Shown here: positions 47,336 to 59,308 of the stretch, in pieces
Numbering within the stretch: the first letter of the stretch is position 1
How the letters are laid out: each line of letters begins with the position of its first letter
Source of the DNA: Eukaryota sp. TZLM1-RC
Lineage: Eukaryota > Protista > Metamonada: BaSk clade
Direction: 5' to 3'
Assembly (NCBI GenBank): GCA_040285825.1
Contig: JAUPSS010000002.1
Location: forward strand, 1,984,001 to 2,048,000
Length of the DNA: 64,000 nt
Made by a program: the position numbers and the translations under genes
The notes under the pieces: model-generated
Told to the model about the DNA's origin: nothing
Databases searched by the model: none
Seen by the model: the letters and a program-made list of their open reading frames with translations, nothing else

Positions 47336-47790
47336 CTACGTAATATTTCTCAAAATGAAGTTAGTACAACGAGGAAGAGCTTTCAATAACGAAAATATAA
47401 TTCTGTTCTTCCAAATCAAAAAATCGAATGAACGACTACTTTCTCTGAGAGGATTTGCTAAATCATCTAAAAAATTGAGACCTTTAGTTCCAAGGGTACC
47501 AGAGTATAGAAATAGCGATTGGGACAAAATTGATGTTTCTGCCCCTTGCTGCATTCAGAGGTTGTAGAAGGGCTTCGTGCTGGGATTTCTTGGAAAGCTC
47601 TGCAACTTTGAGTAAATGTTGAATACCAGATGATGAGCACATTTTAACAGATCATAAATACAATCACGAACTGCATTGTGGATGATTGCTCTTTTTTGAG
47701 TAATTTTACAGCAAGAAGTAAGGTGATTAAAAGAACCATAAGCATATCTGATAAACATTGAGGAGTAGGCTAGCCTTGGATAGCTTTGCA
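47336..47790 (-). mobile_element. Degenerate non-LTR RLE fragment
   Basis: HLTSC..IHNAVRD, GTLGTKG, WKNRIIFSL. Confidence 0.7.
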
Positions 47791-48344
47791 CATTGCTTTT
47801 CAAATTATTTACATTATATTATAGTTTACTGTATAATTACGCCCTAGCGCTTAAGCCGAAGGAAACGTATTTGCCTTCGTAACCAATTTCAATAACATTC
47901 ATCTTGGTATGAACCCTCACCACAGATCATCATTAATTATTATTTCAAAAAAATTATTGGATCCACTTCGATGTGTTAACAGAACGCTGCCTGATAGGAC
48001 TGATACTCCTCCAGCTCTAAATTGTTCAAGTTCTTCCTCTCAAACTCCTCAGTCGCGACCAGAAGAGCGACTTCAGACTGGTTGTGAAGGAGGTTCTACT
48101 TCTCCTCCTACTACGTCGACTTCTTTCTCGGAAAACACAGTCACGGAAACCTTTTTTTTTGAACTATATTTTCATAAATCTGAAATACTGTCTAATATTC
48201 AATATCCTCCAAACAAGCATCACAATTACTAAACCTACTTACAGAGTTTCGCTCATTTTCTACACCAATAGCTAAAACAGCTTTAGACATTATTGTTGGA
48301 ATAGATTAAAAAATACAAAAAAAAACAATTCTATTTAAGCAGAA

Positions 48345-49660
48345 GATGAGTCCAGTGTTTGTATGTCGTTGGATTTTAGCAATGCATTCAATTGAATCAG
48401 TCGTTGCAGTATTCATGGTGCTTTGTTACATTATTTGCCGGAATTAATGCCTTATTTCCAATCAACATATTGCACAAATTCTAATTTGCAGTTTAATAAT
48501 TCTATTTTAAAATCATCAAGTGGTGTAAAGCAAGGAAATCCTTCAGAACCTCTTTTGTTTTGTTTGGCCAGTCATCCTAGTTTATTACAAATTCAAGAGA
48601 TGTTTCCTTCGCTAAAAAATGATTACATACATGGATAATGTTGTTCTTATAGGTGCATTAAAGATTGTGAAAAAAGCAACTGTATGTTTCAAAGAACTAT
48701 TTAACAAAATTGGCCTCCAACTTAATTTATTGAAATGTGTTTTACTTTCAAATTCTCCAGTTTCTACAATAGTTGATGGTATTGAAATTCAAGCCAAATT
48801 ATATTCAATTGATGCAATTCGTCATTTGGGTTCGTTTTTAGGAAATAATGATGAAATTACCACAGGATTGTTTGAAAAGTTGAATTTAAGTTCCAAAAAA
48901 ATTAAAAGATTCCATATAGATATAGATTCCAGTTTTTTAAAAAAAAATTAAAATATACTTTTTGTATTCATTTAATAAAGAATATGAAAACATAAAATAC
49001 ACAACTAAAACTCTACATCCTCAAAACCTGCCTCCCTTACATCAAAACAATTAATTGCTAAAGATTCAGAAAATTTTCCAAAAGAAGAGAATGAATCAGA
49101 AATTAGTTTTACCATTCCCTTGAAAATAGAAAATACAATCCTGTTTTGCCAGTAAACACGATTGAAAATCCTTCCAGTTCTTTCCTTTACAACTACAACA
49201 AAATCCTCAAGCAAAGCAATAGCAGCCTTACCTAGAGATTCAAGCAAAGAAAAAACAAAGGGACATTAATTATCTTGGGCATGAGAATTTCCATTAACTG
49301 AGGAATTGGGTTTCGCATATATAGCAGTTTTATATTTTTCGCCGGCAGGAAGAGGATTATTTCCGAAAAAATTGACCAAATGATGACTTTAGATATACAA
49401 AAACATATCAAATTTACCCTGATAAGACTGTGTTTTAGTTCTAACTTTAATCATTTATTTCGATCAACAAATCTTCTTATCACTAGGCCTTTGGCCTAGA
49501 AGTTTAATGAACTACGTGCAAAAGTTTTGCTACAATGTTGGGATGTAAAATGTTCCAAATTCCAGATCATGCTTATCTTAGTCCACATTATGGCGGTTTA
49601 GGGTGGACGAAGGCTTCTATTCTTACTTCATGAGCTTTCATTGGTGAATGCAGAAATTCT
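48345..49660. mobile_element. Family A-like RT core (+, 48345-48890 and 49365-49660) interrupted by a family D 3' tail (-, 48985-49365)
   Basis: LDFSNAFN, SSSGVKQGNP, ITYMDN, RHLGSFLG; the inserted segment matches 32456-32810. Confidence 0.8.
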
Positions 49661-50154
49661 GTCGTATTTTATTTATTTTTACGTCTATTTAGGAAAGCGT
49701 AACCACATTCTTACTGCGAATGCTCTAGAAAAGGATTGTGAATTTCGGGAATTGGATAAACATTACTAACTAGCACTTTCGATCTCTGGTATTTTTGTTT
49801 TGATTTATGCCGTATGTATAATGTACGAGTCAGTACTGTAGCGGTATTTATCTAAATTCACCAAACCTTTTAAAGTCTATCACTAGTGGCATTTGTAGAA
49901 AACATAATTCAATTGTCGTACTGTGAGACAATTAGTCTAATGCTATGCAAATAGTCGTAGTTTACTAGTGGAAACTATATGGACTGGCGTTTTCAAATCA
50001 ATATGTCCTGTTTCATTTTATTGTTATGTATAAGGTATCACCACAGTAGAACAAAATCGAATTAACCAAATGATAACCAAGCATGGCTGAAACTGTTGGA
50101 AGATCTAAGAAAGAAGTTTACCAATTGTTTTATCATTTTTATAATAATACCACT

Positions 50155-50295
50155 TTTATTTTATTCAACAACAAATATGAAAACATAATATACACAATTA
50201 AAACTCCACATCCTCAAAATCTGCCTCCCCTACATCAAAACAATTAATTGCTAAAGATTCGGAGAATTTCCCAAAAGGAGACAGTGAATCATAAA
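50155..50295 (-). mobile_element. Family D extreme 3' tail
   Basis: Matches 32425-32550. Confidence 0.8.
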
Positions 50296-50670
50296 TAAAT
50301 AAATCTAATAATAATTATAATAATAAAACTAATTAACAACCCCTTGTATAAAAGAAGAATCAACAAAAATGGGAGTGAGTATGACTCACTCAATTCATTT
50401 ATTTAGAACTGAAAAAAACCCATAGTAGGAACAAATTCATACAACGCCCTCTTTAATTAATAGTGTTATTGAGTTATAAAGGACATTTTTTGATTAATTG
50501 GTCAACACTGGATTTGTTGTGAGTTTGTTTTATTACATACCAAAGACACCACTAGTATTTATACCACTATCGGTACTGGTAGTATAGGCCAGCTAGACGT
50601 ATTCTCTATTCCTTTAAATAAATCGACTTAATTACTCATTTAGCACAAGTTGAATTTTTAAAACAGACAA

Positions 50671-52101
50671 CTATGAATTAAAAGACTCAGCGGCCACCCT
50701 ACGCAAAAGTTCTTCATCATGATCATCAACCTTTAGTGTTCTATTCTTAAGCAGTATTTCTCTATTTCTGGTCCTTACATCAATAGCTTTTTCCCAAAGT
50801 TTGGTGTACAACAACTTTGCTTGTTTTTCAGAAAACTTATTGCTGATACAACGTCGCATAAACTCAGTTTCCGGTAGTCTCAACAGCTGCATTCCTGACA
50901 TCCCAGGCAACAAAACCTCTGGATCAACCAAACCATGACTGAACTTTGTCACCCATCTCCCCATCTTTTCATTATCCCAGTGGGCGGGGTCTTTTTGGTT
51001 GACGAATACTTGTCTTTTCCTTGAATGGGACACCAAACGAAGGGGTTCAGCATAACGAAGAGAGTTGATTGAATGAGGCAAGTCCCCATATAGTGGAGAA
51101 ACACAACAGAGAAAGACTGTCCTGCATTGTCTGATGGAGGTCAATTCAAAAACATCCTTGAGTAAAAGGGTTATCTTGCTAGAGCGATACGGTACGTGGT
51201 GGTGTTTTTTGGAGGAAGTGTCTATGAAAGCTAGAGTTCGTTTTCTTATGCATTCTTTGAGATTCATCAAGGACTTATTGATTTCCTTTGCTTCAGCAAT
51301 TCTTTCCTTGTCATGAGTTTGTTGGTCCTTTGCCCTCTCACTACCAGCTAGATCAATAAAATAAAGTATTCCAGGTTCTGATTCAGAGAATTGGTTGTTT
51401 TTAAAGGTAATTCTAGTAATAGCGTGTGATCTGGAAGACGTGTGGTTCCGCATAGTACCAATAGTTTTTCTATTCTTGTATGCATTGTTTAACAAAACAT
51501 TCAACTCTTCACCGCTGGTCACTGCTTGATCAAGACAGCCTTGGACTTGAACATGACCAAACAAGTCTTCCCTGATACTGACTTGGGATGAAGAGAGTAG
51601 ATCAGTGCAGTTGGAACCTAGAATTTCAAAGACGGAGGCTGTAATTGAGTAGTTATGGTCAAATCCAAGTTTATTGAAAATATATGACACACATTGCTCT
51701 TGTAAGGAAGTAATAGTAAAAGTCTTTCCTGAGCAGGTTTGCCCATAAGCTAGGTACACCGCAATGTTACCCTGAATGGCATAGTCGACTTGGGGTTTGC
51801 CTAACAGATTGAATATGGTGTCGTTGTCAGTATTGTGATCAAAAGCGTAGTCAAAGGTGAATTCATGGGTTTCAGCAGTTGTGGATCTTTGAGTGACAGA
51901 GAGTTTGGGTTCATGAACAAAAAATTTAGGGTTACAACCAGAGATGACATTAAATTCATGTTGGTTGTCAAAGGGTAAAATAGGGCGAACACGGGAACAA
52001 ACAACGACATCAGTTGAGTCGTGAGAAGAACACATCGGTGGAAAAGGAGATGCGGGGGGAACTTGTTGCTGACATTGCTTGACAATTTGTTCAGGGTCCA
52101 T
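50671..52101 (-). CDS. Kinesin motor protein (kinesin-13-related)
   Basis: RVRP, FTFDYAF, AYGQTCSGKT, SSRSH, DLAGSER, HVPYRSSKITLLLKD; short C-terminal helical domain. Confidence 0.88.
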   Translation of the reverse strand: MDPEQIVKQCQQQVPPASPFPPMCSSHDSTDVVVCSRVRPILPFDNQHEFNVISGCNPKFFVHEPKLSVTQRSTTAETHEFTFDYAFDHNTDNDTIFNLLGKPQVDYAIQGNIAVYLAYGQTCSGKTFTITSLQEQCVSYIFNKLGFDHNYSITASVFEILGSNCTDLLSSSQVSIREDLFGHVQVQGCLDQAVTSGEELNVLLNNAYKNRKTIGTMRNHTSSRSHAITRITFKNNQFSESEPGILYFIDLAGSERAKDQQTHDKERIAEAKEINKSLMNLKECIRKRTLAFIDTSSKKHHHVPYRSSKITLLLKDVFELTSIRQCRTVFLCCVSPLYGDLPHSINSLRYAEPLRLVSHSRKRQVFVNQKDPAHWDNEKMGRWVTKFSHGLVDPEVLLPGMSGMQLLRLPETEFMRRCISNKFSEKQAKLLYTKLWEKAIDVRTRNREILLKNRTLKVDDHDEELLRRVAAESFNS

Positions 52102-52457
52102 TATGGAGTTAAAGGTTGACAGTGGTTATAAAAACTTTCAATTTTATTTTCTAAAAAAGAAAGAAACTTTGTTACAATGGTGAGGTTTACAACCCCGCTG
52201 CATACCTCCCTTTGTTCCTTCCATGTAAACAAAGTTTGTTCAAAAAAAGTGCAAAACTAAATTAGCTGCTCTTTCAAAAAGGACTAGACAGGAGACTTCT
52301 CATCGAACGCCTAAAAATCCAATAGTAAAACAACTCCTTTATCAAAGCGTCAGCGGAAAAAACAGCAAAAATCACTAAACCGAGACATTTATATTGAAAA
52401 TACAATCTTGAATATCGAGAAAAAGAAGATTTTGACAAAAAACCACTGAAACCGAGT

Positions 52458-54547
52458 ATGGTCATAAGAATTGAGCCAAGTCATAGTGGCTGCAAACCTG
52501 ATCCTTTGATTCAATTCAAATCAACGACCACAAATCAAAATTTTTCCACTGTTATGTGTTTCGATCTTGAAACCTATCAGGATAATCAACTTTACCAAAA
52601 TCCCGATAACCAGTTTCTCCCTTCTGATGGGATCATCAACAAAAAGAAATAAGAGGGCGCAATTTTTGCGAAAAAAAAACTGATGAGCAAATTGACGAGT
52701 GGATTTCAGATCAAAAATCATTTTAATTTCAATCGTTCCTGCACGGTTTGACCGCCATAATTTTTTTGGAAAGTAAATATTCATTTATATTGAGAAGGAG
52801 TGCTCAAATTACCAGATTACTTGACATTGATGTGGGTATTCAGACAGAAATATTCTCTGACGAGAGAACCTTGCTTCGTAGGTTTTTAAACATCATTGGT
52901 AATCATCAACCTCATTGTGTTCTTAATCACAATTGAATACAGTTTGATTTACAGATTTTGAAAAATAGATTAAATTATTTTGATTTACCAATTTCCACTG
53001 TTCGAGATGATACAGTAATTAATGTACTCAATCAATTTTCATCAAGATGAAGAGGAGTCATCTTGAGGGAAAATGGCTTTTTTCTTTGAAATACACTGGT
53101 ATTTGCCAAAAAATTCATCAAAATTCAATATCGTCATAGTTAAGGCAATTTGGCGTATAAAATGATTAGTGAAAAGAAAATGAAACGTCATCAGGGATTT
53201 ATCAATATTTTACCTGTTGATTGTTTAGTCACTGCTCCACTTAGACAAAATTTGATTCAATAAGGGCTTCGTGATTGTGTATTATGTCTCAAACTTTTTG
53301 TATTGGTTCAAAAAGATAAGTTCATCTTGCCATCTTATACAACCATTCGTGCAACCGTCAACTCAATGGTTAAACATTCAAATGTTGTATTAAAACCGAA
53401 AAAAACTGCTTCATAACTCCAACGGTTACGAATACACACTACATACTGCCTGAAGCTGTATTTACAGTCCCATTTTGAACGCAACTTGTCAATACCACGA
53501 ACAAACATTAATTGCTGATTTATGATTTACACAGACGTTGAAAATGTCTAATACACTAGCGCAAATTACGAAATTCAAACCACCTCAGCAATTTGAATTT
53601 TGGTCTAATATTATCGATTTAAACCAACCAATAGTCAAACACAAGAGTTATAATATATTCAACAACATTATCCACACAGATGGTTTTAATATTGCAGTAG
53701 AATTTGTTCGTCGGGATTTACAAGGTCAGAAATGTAAGCCAGACAACAAGGCTAGTGTTTCTGATTTATTTATTGATGATGTTGATGTTGATACTTTACT
53801 AGGCAAACGAATTGTTGTTTGTGATCCTGGAGAACGTGAATTATTGTATTTTGGTAGTAAAAAAACGGATCAAGAATTAGCCATAGTTCCTGAAGATGAA
53901 ACTGAACAGCAAAGAAATAGCCGGGTCATGAATCAAGACAAGAAGTACAAATGGTTAAGAATGACTCAGATGTGCTAGTCTTGGAAAAGTAGGATGATTG
54001 AAAAGCAAAAACGATGGGCGACAAAGTATACTGAGGTAGGTTACGACAGGAACTAATTGATAGAGTCTAATGAAATGACAATTGAAGATGCACACCCAAT
54101 TATCCGCATTTGCTGCAAATTCAGCAACTTTTAGAGAGCTCTCAAACTTTGTGGTTACCAAACTTCGCCAAGTTTTTTTGACAATTGACTTTTATAGTCT
54201 TGACTTGTGGAGCATTCATAAAATGCAAGTGTTTATTCACAAGCAAAAGACTGAAAGTTGGTTGTTAAAAAGCCTTGTTCAGCAGTTTGGCAATCCAAAA
54301 GACACTTTAATACTAATGGGTGATTATGGTAAAAAAAAGTTTCCAAGAATTTAAAACATCAGAGACCTACTAGAGGCATTGGATGAATTCAATGTTTGAA
54401 AAGAAACAGATTTGACGTTTTGAATTTAGCAACAAAGGCTCAACAAAGATTTTCAATTGAAATAAGCTGGCTTGTCTGAATATGTTTGCAATTGCTGAAG
54501 CCAGAATGATTGGTAATGAAAGGCCTCAGGATCTGTGTAGTAGATAG
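52458..54547 (+). pseudogene. DEDDy/PolB-type 3'-5' exonuclease fused N-terminally to Fanzor (decayed)
   Basis: ExoI FDLETY (52560-52577), ExoII ERTLLRRF...HN*IQFD (52928-52948), ExoIII IQ*GLRDCVLCLKL (53255-53296), then in the same frame Fanzor N-terminus YTTIRATVNS...IHTTYCLKLYL. Downstream: HTDG, VCDPG, MGDY, PTRGIG, ACLNM...GNERPQDLC. Confidence 0.7.
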
Positions 54548-54606
54548 TTTTTGTAATTATTCCACACGAAAATAAATCGTGTACTTATGGGAATTTCCCA
54601 CTTCCC

Positions 54607-55817
54607 ATGTTCATAGATCTTAATCAACGCTTCCCAGATCGAACTGCCATTTGGTCGCAACTACACGACTTACAACAGAAAAAGCTATGGTACCAGTTTA
54701 CTGTCCTATTAAATGAAGTGTTATCACAATCATTCTTGAGTGAGTTTGATGCAGCTATTTTGGTCTACAACACTTTCATCAAGCCCAATGAAGCACATCT
54801 GTCACCACACAGTGTTGCTAACATGCTTGTCTCTATATCAAGGAGAGCATCAGAACCCACAGAATCCTTCAACTTTCTAATTCCATATGTACACATTCTT
54901 CGCCCTCATCCGGTGCCATATTGCGTAATCCTGCTTCACCTCGCTCACCTTCAACTTCTTCGCTCAGTTCAACCTTGTATGCCCTCACATCACTAACCGT
55001 AGCGCCAATGGAATCCTCAGAATCTCCACAAGATGAGATCTCCACCAAGAATACCGAAGATCTCATAGCAATGGCCACAGAAGTCATTGACAAGGAAGGC
55101 CTCGCCACACTCCCAGAAAACAACCATGTCATGGCCAAGCTCTATCAAGTTAAGGCTGAAATGAATCGAAATAAGGATTATTCTGGCTTTGTTACTAACA
55201 TGTTTGAATACCTCGCTTACGTGGATGATCCAAGTAGAGATTACCCCGCAATTTCTGATCTTGCCTTGGACATTGTTGTTTCTGGACTGTGTTCGCCTGA
55301 TGTTTACAATATCTCTGATATTGTTGGAAATCCTATAGTTGAACATTTAGAGTCTGGTGAAGTCAAGCGTCTTTTGGACGTTTTCAATGGAGGGGATGTT
55401 AAGGGTTTTCAAACTCTATGTGATGAAAAGGTACTTTCTGTTGATGTTCGGCTGGGCAATTCTTCAAAAGTCTTGGAGGAAAAGATCAAAATTTTAGGAA
55501 TTATGGAAGTTGCCTTTTCAAAACCAATCAATGATCGACAGCTGAAATTCTCTGAAATTTGTACAAGGTGTTCTATTCCCGAAAATGATGCAGAATATCT
55601 TCTAATAAGAGTAATGTCATTAGGATTAATTAGAGGTAAAATTAACTCTGTGAATAAGGAAGTTGGAATTGAGTTTGTTCAGCCTAGAGCTCTGGGCCCT
55701 TCTCAAGTAGAGACCCTTGCTACTCATTTGCGTAAATGGTTGACAACAGTAGAGAACGCTCATCAGCTCGCTCAGTCAAGAGGACAGTTGCCAGAGGAGA
55801 TGGTTGGTGAAGTTTAG
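54607..55817 (+). CDS. PSMD13: 26S proteasome lid subunit Rpn9/PSMD13, two exons
   Basis: KKLWYQFT, DVYNISD, LEEKIKIL, PCI EYLLIRVMSLGLIRGKI..V....VQPR; 26-nt intron at 54977-55002. Confidence 0.9.
54977..55002 (+). other. 26-nt spliceosomal intron
   Basis: GTATGC...CACTAACCGTAG with a canonical CTAAC branch; removal restores frame. Confidence 0.88.
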
Positions 55818-56344
55818 TGTGTTGAAATCTCTGTGAATAAACAAATGTTTTTGAAGTTTTGAATGGATGAAATTACAGATTTCAATGAGGGGTGTATTCT
55901 TAAAATCTTAAATGGTGTAGTCCTAAGAACTGTTAGTGTTGTGTCATCATGTCTGCGGTTACTGCACAATACATTCGAGAAAATATATAGATTCACCACG
56001 AAAGTATTTTGAATTGATTAGAGCCAACGTCATGGAAGGTGAAGATGACAATGCAGAAGTTACTGAAAAACAAGTGGGAGATTTTGAAGAAAATGAAGCG
56101 GTAACCGTTGTTTTTTTGTTTTAGTGTTTGCTTTTTATTTATTCATAGTAAGCATAGTTTAGATAAGAAGTTTCAATGATACTCACAATCCTTGTTCTTT
56201 GTTCAGACTTTATGTATTTTTAGCAAGACTCTACGAAAAGTAATAAGGTGTTTTTTTAAATAAAAGTGTTTGTGATTAATGATGAGTTAACTTAAGGAGT
56301 AGTTATATAATATCTGTTTATTCACAGGTTGGAACTTCACGATT

Positions 56345-56820
56345 TTGATGCTTAATGTAAAGTTAAGTTCTCAAAATATTATTTCTGAAGACGAACTGAA
56401 TTCATTAAAAGGTAAGGTCATTGCTGGAATAGATCCTAACGAATATCATACCAAACTGGTATCAGTATCAGAAACTCCCAATCCAAAGAAAATTCCTAAC
56501 CAAATCAGTCAATCATATGCTGCTGAAATGAGTAATATTGAGGGGCAAAGGAATCAGTATGACTGAAACAAAAAAGAAAAAATTAGAGAAGTTCAGAAAA
56601 AATAAGATGCGTGTGGAAAAAATAGAAAACAATAGAAAAAAACAAAAAAACAGCAAATCCAAAAAATCATTTAATGAAAATAGACCAAAATTTAATGAAA
56701 ACAGAGACAAACTAATTATTGATTCTTACACTGCTGGTAGACGAATTTAGACGAACTTCAACAAATTTGGAATCTAAAAAAGACAATGTCAAACTAGTCC
56801 CGTGCCATGGACTGCTAATC
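56345..56820 (+). pseudogene. Fragmentary Fanzor-like remnant
   Basis: IISEDELNSLKGKVIAGIDPN (RuvC-I-like), a basic stretch, LVPCHGLL. Confidence 0.5.
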
Positions 56821-56981
56821 TAACTTTGTTATCCATTAACTTTTGCTTAATGGTGTAGACATAAAACACAGAAAACCTAGAACACACAGTTCAGGAGCTT
56901 CTTTGCATAATAACGTGCCAATAATGTTCAAATAAAACAACAAAAAACATCAACTATTTATTTACAAAATAACTTACTTTA

Positions 56982-57299
56982 TTACAGATCGTCTAAATGA
57001 ACAGAGATATCTTCAACAGTATTGAAAAGGGCTTTCAGCTCTCGTTCGTTTAGCTCAATGTTAAAATTTTCCTTCGAGTCAACTAAAGTCAAGGAAGGAA
57101 TGACAACACTGCCAAAAGGACCTATTGGTTCATTAAGCTCAGAATAATCACAGGTTGCCATCAAAGTTTCATCACCAACTCCACACTGGAAAAAGTCGTT
57201 TCTCCCACAAGAATAAAGCTTGTGATCAGAGGTAAGGATAAGGGAATAACGTCCACCAGCAGCATAGGAGAGAACATTGGAGAGAAGTAGTATTCTCAC
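56982..57299 (-). pseudogene. RCC1-repeat gene fragment lacking its 5' part
   Basis: AAGGRYSLILTSDHKLYSCGRNDFFQCG RCC1 repeat; no ATG start, and it abuts the Fanzor start at 57303. Confidence 0.6.
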
Positions 57300-57302
57300 T
57301 AC

Positions 57303-59267
57303 ATGACAAACACCCCCTCTGTGTCACGTGTATTCACTCGGTCTTGTGCACTTAACTCGCTGCTGACCCCTGCAGCGGTGCAACAAATTCGGACTGACCT
57401 TCCTTTGGTCACCGAGATTTGTCATGAAGCTTCTTTATTGTTCAATCTTTTCTTCTAAATTTTCCGTTGGCATCTAGAGCTTTAGTGGAACAGGATGTAT
57501 GGCATCTTTTTATGACCGTCATCACCACTGGTTCTTTTCCAAAGCCTTCCACATCTGAAGGCCAACGCCAATTACTCCATATCTTTTACAGTGGATTTCT
57601 TCCTGAATGCCCACATGACAGGTCTCTTGTTTCTTTGTGGGAAAATTCTTTGGTGCCTTATAGAAATTCATTCAATCTGTTTCTCAATGCTTGGCTGCAG
57701 TTTCAGAATTGTAATTTTATCAATAGAAAAAAGCTTTCTCCTTATCTTGCTTGTCGGGCTCGTCAATTGGCGTCTAATGTGAAGACAAATTTACCTAAAA
57801 TTTGTCAATCCTGGACAAAAAACTTTATTCGGCCTCATTGTAGAGCTCTAGATAAAACAAATGTCTTTGCCAATAATATTCTTTCACTTTTGCCAGATGA
57901 ACCATTAGCCCAACCCGAGGAAGTAGTTGTTGATTCTGTTCTTGAACACTACATCAATTTCAATCTGAATAATTCAAGAGAAAGATTCTTTTTATTAAAT
58001 GCATGTAAGTTTATCTTGAATCTCCTTCAAAGATTTCCTACCACTGCCTCCCTACTGTCCTCACATGATAAAATCACCCTTTCATCAAAGGAAATTGGTT
58101 AGCTTTTTCTCTTCAATCTTAACATTTCACAATACTTACTCACTTTCTTTTCTCATATGCATTGCTGGAAGAAATTTAGAATAATACCTTTAGCTTCTCA
58201 TAAAAGTTCTAAATTTCATGAGGTACCTTCACAAATTTTCCACTCTGTGAAAAAATTTCCACTTATTGAAACAAAAACAAAAACAAAAACAAAACAAAGT
58301 TTATCAACAATACATGTCTGAAACGAAAATTCAAACAATGTCCTTATCAAAAATTCAATATCAACAGAAAAAGTTTGAAAAATAGATTTAAAAAAATTTT
58401 TATTGAAAACTAATGGTAATGAACTGCTTTTAACACTTCAAAGTAAAAATAAGGACTCAGAAAACACAAATGAGCTGGATGAACCACCGAAAAAGAAAAG
58501 AACATTAAATAAAGAAATGAAAAGTGATCCTGATGCCAACAAAACCAGAGAAATACAGTTGAAGGGCACTAAAAAAATGCCCTGTCGAACACGCAGACAT
58601 CAAGTCGAAATGTTACTTGAAAGACCTTGTTATTGGTGTTGATCTGGGCCAATGTAGATTATGTAGTTACTTCTTAAATAATAATCAATGTGGAGTTATC
58701 TCTTGTCCAACTGGCAGAAGATACATGACGAAACCTTCACCCAGTAATCACTCTCTTAACCAATATTCCGTTCAAAATTTCAACCAATATTTGAACCATT
58801 GGAATTTGGTCAGGAGGAAAGTGTACTTGGAAAGTAATCACCAGAAATGGAAAATAATTAAATTTGATAACCGCAGACGAAAAGAGAAACGCTTCCAAGA
58901 GAGTCTCAACAAATTTCAAAGGCTGACTGGACATCCTGAACAACTCTACCTTGCTGTGGCTTCTGCTAATTTCCCTTCTCATTGCCGAAAAGTCAATCGA
59001 TATGGATCAGCAAGGGCTTTCAGAAAATGGTTGTGTTATCAAAAGGACGTGAAGCACTTGTCAACCAGTGAATTTAATACAAGCAAACTGTCCAGTTGTT
59101 GCATGGCCGAGAATATTCAAGCAACCTCATGGCAGATGCGTATTTGTACTGAGTGTCAAATAGTATATGACAGAGATATTTCCGTTGCAAAAACTATTCA
59201 AATTAAGAAGAAAGCGGAATTGTGGCCGGAAAGATACATTTGCCCAGATGCTCTGTTGAGGAGATGA
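57303..59267 (+). pseudogene. Full-length but frameshifted Fanzor
   Basis: N-term TRSCALNSLL...VTEICHEASLLFNL, KTNG, VIGVDLG (RuvC-I), SEFNTSKLSSCC (RuvC-II), CTEC, YDRDISVAK (RuvC-III); several stops/frameshifts at 57450-58620. Confidence 0.8.
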
Positions 59268-59308
59268 ATAGGGAACGTGAGCATACAGAAACTAAAACTT
59301 TTGAGACC

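Noticed and set aside
52458-53300. Full viral or Polinton DNA polymerase B
   Set aside because: Only exonuclease motifs are present; no polymerase palm motifs, capsid, ATPase or integrase nearby.
46146-53520. Stop-codon reassignment suggested by in-frame TAA/TAG/TGA
   Set aside because: All three stops terminate conserved host genes normally, and in-frame stops occur only in decayed loci.
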